NCBI GenBank assembly: GCA_900617105.1
Contig: UYFQ01000834.1
Location: 1 to 33,699, forward strand
Origin: Hydrurus foetidus
Taxonomy: Eukaryota
Length of the DNA: 33,699 bases
Direction of reading: 5' to 3'
A program made the position numbers and the translations under genes. Below, in pieces: positions 12,470 to 22,126 of this stretch. The notes below the pieces were generated by a model. The model searched no databases. It was given only the letters and a program-made list of their open reading frames with translations, and was not told the origin of the DNA. Within the stretch, counting starts at the first letter, position 1. Each line of letters starts with the position of its first letter.

Positions 12470-13702
12470 ATGCTTGCCCAGCCTTCCCCAACCACCGCCA
12501 CCGCGATCATTCTTGATCTCCAAAAGGATAACTGGTCCGCCTGGAACCAAGCTCTCAAGCTCCAATGCTTCACCAAGTTTGGCGTCGCCGGCCAACAAAT
12601 CCTCTCCGACATGAGCATTCCTCTCCAACCCTTCGCTATTGAGCCATCCAAGGCAGACCTCGACAAAGACGACAACGGCATTCCAATTCCGGGGCAACTC
12701 ACCTACTCCAGGCGCCCACTTTCCCCCGACGAAGCAGCACTCCCACCCATCGACCCAGTTACCCTACCCCTGAGTACCCAAGGTAACACTAACTTCCGCG
12801 ACGACAAGAAGATCTACTCCGAGGCTAAAAGGCGCTTCTCTGACCATGACACGGAATGCCTCGACCACCTCTACCGCCACCTATCCCTAGCTTCCCACAC
12901 CTCCATCAAGACCCACGCCAACTACCCCACTTACCAACTCCTTCCCATCGGATCTCGAAGCTACGCGTTTTACGTTATCATCCGCGCCATCCACTCCATC
13001 GGCAATGCCACAACCAAACTACATAGGACTCGCCTTTATGTCAACATCTCTCAATCTGACCTGCCCCATGAAGCTTACATGGACCTCATCACCTCAATGA
13101 CAGAGACCTTCAAGCTCGACTTTGAGTCCGCCGCTCATCCCGGATTCGTCTCCATCCCTGAATTCACTAGTTTCCTTTATCTCGCCGGCCTAAACCGCAG
13201 TGAGTTCCGCCGTGCCCTCGATGAACTTCTCCAGAACCACCCCACCGGCCGCTTCCCAGACCCCACCGCCCTGATGTCCCAGTTGCAGAGTTGGAAAATA
13301 GCCAACTCACTCTCCTTCACCCGTGATGAAGTCTCCACTCAAGGCTCCGCCCTCCTCGCTTCGAACCTCCCACCATCCGCGCCCCGCACTCGCCCCCCCG
13401 GCACTAAGAAAGACAGCTCCCCCAAACCCCACCTACATCCCACACATTGTACTTGGTGCCTCAGTGTCGACAAAGTCCAACGCTTCGGCCACCTCTCTGC
13501 ATATTGTTCAAAGAATCCCAACCGTCTTGCCGGCCCCAGCCCAAGCCCCTCGCCACCTCCTCCACCCTCCAACACCTCCCAGCGCCTTCGTGCACTCCTT
13601 AGTCAGCTCGATGGCGCCGCCACTCCCGACGCTTCCAATGCAGCCATGCTCCTTATTGCAGAAGCAGCCATCGAAGCCTCTGACTATCCCGACTCTGCCT
13701 GA
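12470..13702 (+). CDS. Copia B1 Gag (410 aa)
   Basis: First ORF after the 5' LTR. It has an atypical knuckle CTWC-x10-H-x4-C and a near-identical homolog in B2. Confidence 0.9.
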   Translation: MLAQPSPTTATAIILDLQKDNWSAWNQALKLQCFTKFGVAGQQILSDMSIPLQPFAIEPSKADLDKDDNGIPIPGQLTYSRRPLSPDEAALPPIDPVTLPLSTQGNTNFRDDKKIYSEAKRRFSDHDTECLDHLYRHLSLASHTSIKTHANYPTYQLLPIGSRSYAFYVIIRAIHSIGNATTKLHRTRLYVNISQSDLPHEAYMDLITSMTETFKLDFESAAHPGFVSIPEFTSFLYLAGLNRSEFRRALDELLQNHPTGRFPDPTALMSQLQSWKIANSLSFTRDEVSTQGSALLASNLPPSAPRTRPPGTKKDSSPKPHLHPTHCTWCLSVDKVQRFGHLSAYCSKNPNRLAGPSPSPSPPPPPSNTSQRLRALLSQLDGAATPDASNAAMLLIAEAAIEASDYPDSA

Positions 13703-16700
13703 CTACCCACCCCTCCCGCCCAACCCGACCGCACCCATTCCGAGCCAACTCATCGCCCTCTCATCCTCTTCTCCCACCCCCTCGCCCTTGCCTCCACACT
13801 CCACCCCACCCCAGCTCCCACTCCATCCTACTGGGACAATGCATGCTCCTTCCACACCGTTCGTGACGCCTCCCTCCTCTATAACCTGCAACCACTTCCA
13901 GAGCCCTTCTCCATCGGAGGCGTCGGTGGCTCCTGCGCTGTGACTCACCGTGGATCCCTCCACTGCCTCCCTACCACCAATGGCATGAACTCCGCTTTCC
14001 TCTCCCCAACCCTCCCAATTAATCTCTTTAGCCTTGGCTACATGCAACGCTGCGGAGCTACATACAGTCCAGACCCCAACCGCCCCCTGACCCACGTCAC
14101 CATACTCTCCTCTCCCTCCGGGCCCCTCCTCGCGCACGCCACTCTTTCCCCACACAACCTCCTCCCCGTTGACTTCCGCGCTCTTCACAGTGCCTCCACC
14201 CTGTCACCTCAGACGTATCACCCTGCCGCATTCACGGCCACCTTCCTCATACACCACGTCAATGCTGAACAACGCTCTCGCGCTGACGCTGCCGAGGAAC
14301 TCCACAACGATCTCTGCCACCCCTCTGACCGCAGCCTCTGCCTCAACCTCTCTACCGGGAAACTCCCCTTCACTACCCTCACTTGCTCGGATGTTACCCT
14401 CAACCGTGAACTCCGCGGCCCTTGCCCGCACTGTACCGCTGGTAAGCACCGGAACCCACCTCACCCTCCATCCACCACCGCACCCGCCACCTCTGTCGGT
14501 GCCGTCCTCAGTTTTGACCCCCAGCTATTGCCTGAACCCTCTCCTGGCCTCCATACACACGAGATAATCCTAGTAGACGAATTCACAGGCCACTTATCCG
14601 TTGTAGGTGCCTCCTCCAAATCCACACCCAGCATGTTCAAAGCGCTCCAACACGTTATAGCCTCTACATTTAACTCCCACCGCCACCGCGTCCACACTCT
14701 TCATGGCGATTGCGAGAAAGTCAACACCTCTCTCGCCGGTCCCCTAGGCTCCCTGGGGATAACCCTTCAAACATCTCCCCCTGGAGAACACGCTGCCAGA
14801 GTGGAGCGGTCTATCTTAACACTCCGGCAACTCTCCATTGCCACACTCTCTGCCCTTCCATACCACCTTCCACTGAAGTACACACTTCACCTCCACAAAG
14901 CAATCGCCGCGATCCGCAATACCCTCATAAATACACGCAGCTCCCCCTCCACACCTGACGAGCTGCTGCGCGGCTCCAAACCATCCCGTCGCCTCTTCCC
15001 ATTCGGCACCTGCTGCATGGTCACGCAGCACTCAGACAAACGCCACGCGCTCGCCCGCGCTAACCATACCGCAGCCAACACTGAACCCAAAGCAGAACTA
15101 GGAGTCTGCATGGGTCCCGACCTTCTCACAGGTCGCACCCTCTTCCTCCTCGCCAACGGCTCCATCGTACCTCGGCGCCCCACCACCCCTTTCCCGCCCT
15201 ACTTTATTCCCTTCGATTGGACTCCAAAGCCCTTCGTACTCCGCACGCCCCTCCCACCCACACACCCCCTACTACCACAGTCCCAAAACTCAGTCATCCA
15301 ACTCCCTGACACACCCCACATCCATTCCATGACCCTTCTCTATCCTCTCCTCCTCCCCCCCCGTCACCCCTTCCATCACCCGCAGCACTTGCTCTTTCCC
15401 TCCACCTACTTCGCACCACTTTCCCGCCGCCACCGCCGCCTCCTCTTGCAGCACTCTCCCACCGCCCCAGCCCCCAAGCCCCCCTGCTCCCCTCTCACCC
15501 CCGTCACCCCCACTCCCGCACCCTGCCGACACCGCAACCCATATTGTGGCACCACTACTAATCCGCCGATCATCCCGAACTACGCATCCCCCCGGTCACT
15601 GGAAAGGATGCTATACCGCACCACTCACACCACTAGTCGACACCCCCACCGCCCCCATCAACGCCGCTCAACGAAAAGTACATAATGCCCGACTCGCTGC
15701 CATCCGCAACCGCCACCACCGACTCTCCAACCCACCCGATACGCCACTCAATAACCGCCCTACGACCCTCACCCCTGACCCGCTGCCTCCCCACCGCGCA
15801 GAAATGTCCATCCGGAAGGCATCCCTCCTCCTCCCCGCTCCCGACATCATGGCTGGAATTGTCAAAGAGCTCAGCAAGCACTTTGATACCTATGAGTCCC
15901 TCAAGCTAATCCCTCGCGCTAGCGTTGAACCCACCGCCATTTTTCTCCGCAGCCAAATGCTAATCAAGAAGAAATCCAACGGCCTCGTCACCGCGCGCCT
16001 CGCCATAGATGGTAGCCGCCAACCCCGAGAATCATACAACGACACCTACGCAGGGACCTCAGACACAACCAACCGCGCATTCCTCCTCAGCGCCTACCTC
16101 GCCGACGCCAGCCACCGTCACTGCCTCGACCGCCTCCTCATTGGCGACTTCGACTTCCCTGGTGCCTTCCTACATAATAAGCTTACCCGCGCCATGACCA
16201 ATGGCCACCAGCTGATAGCTACCCTCCCCCCCGACCTCCCTACCCCCCTCGCCGGCAAGCTAGCAGAGATCACCGGATGTTGCTACGGCATCAAGCAAGC
16301 GAACCATGAATACGATAAAGACCTTGTCACACTCCTCACCGCTGGGGGCTTCCTCCCAACAGCCTCAGACCATCACAGTTTTCACAAGCGCTGCCCCCTC
16401 AACCCCGCGGACTCCCTCACCCTAAACATGCATGTTGACGACGGTTGGTACGTTACATGCTCTTGCACCCTTCGCGACGAACTTAAGTCCATCCTTCAAC
16501 ACCGGTACGGTCCCATCGCTTTCAACGACGCTTCCACCGGAGTCTGTGGCGTCCGACTGACTCGACACGCTGACCACTCCTGCACCCTCGACCAAGGAGC
16601 GCACATCATAAAATTCCTCCACCAATCCGGTATGGACCTAGTCCCCCCTGCGCTGACCCCCTCCACAGCCAACTTCTTTGACCCTCCAACTGATCCTACC

Positions 16701-17411
16701 CCTGTCGACCGCACACGATTTCTCCGCATCAATGGCACCCTTGTGTTCCTACTCCCTATACGCCACGATATTCGGAAAGAAGTTGTCCACTTGTGTACCC
16801 GTAACTCCGCTCCCACCCAATCCGACCTCTCAAAACAAATCCACCTACTCCGCTACCTGAAAGGCTGCCCTAAACTCGGCCCGACATTCTCCGCTAACCA
16901 CTCCGCATTCCCATCCGGTGTTACATTACATGCCGCAGCAGACTCCTCTCACGCCTGCCACCCCGATGGCCACTCCCACTCCGCCTACACAATTCAAATA
17001 GGTTCTGTCAACGCCCCTTTCGCAGTACACTCCTCCGCCGAAACCGCAGGTATCGCCCTCAGCCCGTGCGAAGCAGAGTACCTCGCCCTTGGCCGCTGCG
17101 CCAAAGATGTCGTCTTCTTCCGCCAGTTTGCATCCGACATAGGGTTCCCCCAACATCACCCCACCACAATCCTCGAAGACAATCAACCAACAATCAACCT
17201 CACCACTGCTCCTCAAATAACACGCCGTTCAAGACACATCGCCCTCAAATCCCACTATGTCCGATGGCTCTACAAGACAAAGCAAATTATCCCACAACAT
17301 ATCGGCACCCACGATATGATTGCAGACGGCCTGACCAAGAGCCTGAGTCCTTCTAAGTTTTTATGGTTCCGTAGCCAGCTCTTGAACTCATCTCACACAA
17401 ACACATATTAA
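13703..17411 (+). CDS. Copia B1 Pol (PR-IN-RT-RNase H), in frame with gag after one UGA; frame break in the Pro-rich linker at about 15320-15420
   Basis: Protease-like YWDNACSFH (13829) and IGGVGG; integrase LHNDLCHP..CPHC, SFD/HGDCE/VERS; RT TARLAIDG, CYGIKQA, MHVDD; RNase H AADS/EAEY/EDN/IADGLTK. Confidence 0.9.
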
Positions 17412-17452
17412 GCAATCCACTCCATCTCTGTCATGTTTAGCTTACCGGCGCA

Positions 17453-17738
17453 TGTCAGTAGTATACATACACATATACATACACTACTGTCGGTTACAAC
17501 TGGCAATGACGACCCCGACTCCAACTACCACCACCGCTGACGACCATCTTCCTCAACCATTCATGTTGACTTAACTGCAACTACCATGACGATCATTTCA
17601 CTTCACACACAATTCACAATTCACAATTCACAATTCACATCGTCAATTCATTCATCAACTCTACACATTCCACACAATCTTTCAAGTAATACTTAAGCAA
17701 TTCTGTTTCTCATTCCGAGTTTCGGTCCATTTCCGACA
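17453..17738 (+). repeat. 3' LTR of copia B1 (286 bp)
   Basis: Direct repeat of 12153-12437, followed by the CTCTC TSD. Confidence 0.97.
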
Positions 17739-17850
17739 CTCTCAGCTCGAATGTCAATATCTCTCATGCAGTACCTCTACGCCGATCAATCTAGCAAATT
17801 CTCAAGTTAAGTGCCAACTATTTTGCGGTGATTCTCTTCGACTCCACATC

Positions 17851-20800
17851 ATGGAAGACCTCTGCGATGATTTTTCTATTCTTGACACGTCCACAGACAG
17901 CTTGGGCTCGAATTTTTCCGAATCGTCAAATCTGTCATTGAAAAGGTAGCTGATCCAATCGAATTGATTAATCATTTTAACCAGGTCAATCAGAAAAACC
18001 CTCTCTAACCTATGCTAAAAACGTATTCATTTGGCTTGGCGAAGGGGATTTGATGGCAGACTGAAGATTCCCCAGGATCAAAATGACGCCTCTGAAGATG
18101 ATGTCCTTGCCGACCTCGCGGAGAAAATCAACGGAGGGATACAGAGATGCATTCAAATTGATACGAATGTATGCACCGCCAATAGTAGTGTCTTTACAGT
18201 GAAAATCGAATCGATTTTACCTGAGGCGGAGTCAGAATCGCGGGACTTGCTGACCTTCTTGTTTGGAGCGAAGTACTGTCAATTTTCAGCATCATTTGGA
18301 GTCAAATTGAATGGGCGACCAAGAGGAGTGAAAACTTTAATCGAAATAAACAAAGTAACTCACCGCAAATTTTCTTCTCTTGATTTGAAATCAGCTTGGA
18401 GCGATTTACAGATAAGGAAGTTGCCCAGAATCGAGAAGCTGGTTGTTGGTCTCGATGATGCGACGATAAATAGAAAAAGATGGCGGAACGTTAACCCGAA
18501 AAAATTAAAAACTCTCATCGGTAGTCAAGAAGCGATGATAAAAGAATTTCAATTCGAAGCTAACGATGATAAAAAACAAATGGTGAATTTAGAAGTAGAA
18601 CTCAATATTAATGTTGACACTATTGAGGACCTTATGCGTAAAATTGCTAATAGCGAAAAGGAAATAAATTTGCTGAAATACGAATTGTCTAATCAATCGC
18701 AAAGTAACACTAAAGCTCATGAACTAATGAAAACACTTCACGCACGAGAAGTGTGTAGATTAAAATTTGAAATAAAAACTAAATCAAATGAAATTAGAAA
18801 ATTAAAAATAAGTAGGGCTATGAGAAAAAGCAAAAAAAATGCAGTAATACAAAATAAAATAGAAAACGATGACGATTCTGATGACGATGTTATGGACAAC
18901 AAAGAGAGTAGTAGGGCTGTCAAATCAGTAATGGATATTCTGAAGTTAGAATCAAAGCAGAGTACTAAAAAGAAGTTAACGATAATTAAAAAAATAGCTA
19001 AAAAAATAGAGTGTGAAAAAATACTGGATTCAACAACAGAAATAGAAAATGACGTCGGTCAGAGCATTATCAAATTTACAAGAACTCTGTGGAAATTTGT
19101 AAGTAACGAAAACATTAAGAAGATCTTGAATACATTTCTGCTAGCTGCAGTCACTTACAGCGAGACTTCAATTAATCAGATAGCTACAGCATTTGGGGTA
19201 CATAGACAGAATTCATAGCTGGTTGCAGCATTCAAAAAACAAAACTCATTTATTTGTGAAGACTCAACATTAGAAGATATCAACATATACATAAAAGCGG
19301 AGAAAAGAGATAAAAGAAAAGATGCAATGAGTGATGAACAGGAGCAAAGAGCATCTCTATTTTGGGAAAAAAATTGTGAAGTTTCTCCCAATATGAAAGA
19401 TGTATGTAGACATCGTTTCAAGGGTGGTCCATGGATAGAGCATATTAAACACTTTCAGTATGACACGGAAGCTGAACTTTTGAAGAATGAGTTTCTAGAT
19501 ACAGGTGAGTTCATCGGTGCAAAGAAAAATCGAAGAAGAAAATAACGAAGCGAGAAAATTGCAATTAATTAGTTTTACTTCATGGTTTCAAATTCTGAAA
19601 TTCACAACGCAAAAATCAGATGTATACAAAATCTGCCAGGGGAAATATAAAACCGATATAGCTGAAAGGTTAATGTGTCGCGGGGCTTTGCCTTCTTACA
19701 GTGAAGATTCACTAAAATTGTGTGGACTACCTCGTTGTTACGGCGACTGCGCAAAAAATGTTTGCTGCATAAAATGCATAAATTTAGTCAAATTGTACCG
19801 CAATGAGGCTTTAGAACAAGAACACTGGCCGGAAAAAATTCGTGTAAAATGCAAATCATATTACAGTGACGCCTCTGGTGCTGGCAAAGAGGAGAGCGAT
19901 TTGCACGAGCATATCGAACATCCCAGCATCTTCATGATATACTTCAAAGTAATGACAAGGAAATATTGTTACCATATCGCGAAGGTAACTAGAATAATTT
20001 ACGTCTTTTATTTCCATCTTCAAATTTAACTCCGATTTCTATTTCTATTTCTATTCCTATTTCTATTTCTATTTCTATTCCTATTTCTATTCCTATTTCA
20101 TAATTCTCACTTCTTGTTTTTTCATAGGTGAGACGACAAAAGCATGCACATCAAATGCAAGAAGAGAATATACTGCCACACCAGATGACGGTCAATATAG
20201 ATTTCTCCCAAAACATTAAAACGAATGTGACGAGAGAAGAGACACAAGGGGGAAATTGGAGCACACAGGGATGCACCCTATTCATCAGCGTTCTTTGTTT
20301 CCTATGTGATGCCACATGGAATTTAAGACCGCAGCATTTGTTAAAAGGTCAACAAGTATCAGTTGAAGTGGACGACGCTATGCAAAAGTATCGAGTCGTG
20401 GTGGAAGAATGGACCATTGGCCAAGATAGTCATGTTAGCATTTGGCACCCGGCAATGAGAAAGATGATTCTTTATGGTATTGAGAAGATTAATTTGAGAA
20501 AAATGATAACAGTACCCCATGTTATCGTATCAGATTACAAAGGTCACGATTCTGTATTCGTAAAATGCTATCTGGATGAGCTGTTATTCGGACCTACAGG
20601 GTGGTTACAATCCCAAAAAGAATTCTTGGGTCTGAAGGAGCGCATTAGGGAAGTCCATATTGATTCAGATGGCGCAGCTTCCCATTTCAAGAATAAAGAC
20701 TCATTATTTTCTATGACAGACTTTCAAGTGAAATATTGTTTAGAGAGACTTACATGGACCTTTGGGGCACCAGGTCATGGCAAGGGGACTTGGGACGGGT

Positions 20801-21567
20801 TCGGGGGTATTCTGAAAAATGCGGCTACACGCCGAATAGTGAGTGAGTCGTTAATAGTTAAAACAGCGAAAGAAGTGTACGATCTACTAATCCGTCTGTT
20901 CTGTTCAGAGATTAAGCAAGAGGAGTATGCAAACGCGAAACGCATTAAAGTAAAGCATTGGTCCATCGTATTACTCCCTGACGAAAGAGTTCAGGAATAC
21001 CAAACCATAGAGCAGGGTTCAATACAGAACATCGAATCTTTTGATGGATTTGGAACTCAAAAGATATTTTTCTTTGAAGCTATGCATAGAGGAGGATTGG
21101 GATTTCAGCTTAGCGCTTGCTGGTGCCCTGCTTGCATCAAAGGGACTAGGTCGGGGTCTTTCAAGTCGATCGAAGGATGTTTCAGTAGAGAGCCATTTGA
21201 GTATAAGATAATTAGATGTTCTGATGCAGCATGGATTAAAGAGTCAAAAACTCGTGTACGTAATTTAGCGTGTAATCTGTTCAACACACTTAAGATCGGC
21301 GATGTAATAGCTTTTGATCCAATGCTAACCAGCGGTAGTAGAAGACAGTGTCGTTTTGATATTGGTCAAGTAATTAATATTTCTTACCCGTATGATATTG
21401 AGATTTCAACATGGAGTAGTCTAACCTCAACAGAGTATGTATTGAAGAAAGCATTTCAGAATATTCACAGGGACACAGTGAGGTATAAATTTGTTGATAA
21501 CCCAATTATACAAAATAAGATTGTACTTACTGATACAATTTTTACGACAATAACAAAAAACTTTTAA
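17851..21567 (+). pseudogene. Sola2-like DDD transposase, intron-containing, disabled by in-frame stops (18016, 19216) and a frame change near 19500
   Basis: Motifs NIDFSQNI..Q..NW..QGCTLF, SDYKGHD, HIDSDGAASHFKN, WTFGAPGHGKGTWDGFGGILK and CWCPAC resemble Sola2 transposases. GT-AG introns at 17946-17984 and 19985-20127 join the frames. Confidence 0.8.
20035..20099. repeat. (ATTTCT/ATTCCT)n hexamer microsatellite inside the transposase intron
   Basis: Directly visible, about 11 units. Confidence 0.9.
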
Positions 21568-21791
21568 AATGGCAATTAGTAACCAATCATCCACAATTTC
21601 ATTTTTTTTGACAACCTTGGCTCAAAAAATTTTATGCATATAAATAACCATATTTCATTTTTGGTTTTTTTTTTTTTTTCTAAATCGTACAAACGATTGT
21701 AAAGGTACGATTGAATATGTCACCGAAATATAAAGAGAATCCGATAATTATTAATGGAGTAGAGAACTCCTGCGACTCCCCACCCAGAAAA

Positions 21792-21817
21792 TGATACCCC
21801 TAACCGGAATGTGAGCC
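21792..21817 (-). repeat. Right TIR of the DNA transposon
   Basis: TGATACCCCTAACCGGAATGTGAGCC is the reverse complement of the left TIR with 2 mismatches. Confidence 0.9.
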
Positions 21818-21821
21818 TGTA

Positions 21822-22099
21822 GGGCTGCAGTCAGTCGAGAGGTGTACTTACGTTCGTTCATTTCCGGTGACGTACGTTACCGGCATGAACGCTACACTTT
21901 GAATGTATGACCTGCGTAGCTTAGTTTGAACAACACTTTAGCTAGTTGTAGCTAGTTGTCCGAACGAACGTCGTGGCCAATGAATAGGGACATTGGTCAC
22001 TAGTTTAATTAACAAGTATTCAACGAAAACTCCGTTGTTCTACGAGCCTTGGAACGTACCGGATTCAATCGAACGTTCGAGAATCCCGGGATTCCAACA
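21822..22099 (+). repeat. Main part of the copia C 5' LTR (about 296 bp together with 12018-12035)
   Basis: Ends TTCCAACA, the inverse of TGTTGGA at 12018, and lies 27 nt before the gag ATG. Shares TAGCTAGT and GAACGAAC motifs with LTR A. Confidence 0.75.
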
Positions 22100-22126
22100 T
22101 AAGTAAACTGATAAGGACGCATCGTG

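Larger units (their letters stand above)
12153..17738 (+). mobile_element. Full-length Ty1/copia element B1 (5586 bp)
   Basis: Two near-identical LTRs, a 5-bp TSD CTCTC (12148-12152 and 17739-17743), and gag followed by PR-IN-RT-RNase H. Confidence 0.97.
12036..21817 (+). mobile_element. Sola2-like cut-and-paste DNA transposon (about 4.2 kb after removing nested copia B1)
   Basis: 26-bp TIRs with 24/26 identity, a 4-bp TSD TGTA at 12032-12035 and 21818-21821, and an internal transposase gene. Confidence 0.88.

Noticed and set aside
13323..17356. Overlapping Pro/Ser-rich and antisense Gly-rich ORFs in B1, mirrored in B2
   Set aside because: They are explained by the C-rich bias that depletes stop codons. 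Their conservation simply reflects copy identity.
18016..19218. TAA/TAG in-frame stops in the transposase and in copia C as evidence of a variant genetic code or readthrough
   Set aside because: Neighbouring pol genes terminate normally at TAA, and the stops co-occur with frameshifts in elements disrupted by insertions, which is ordinary pseudogenisation.
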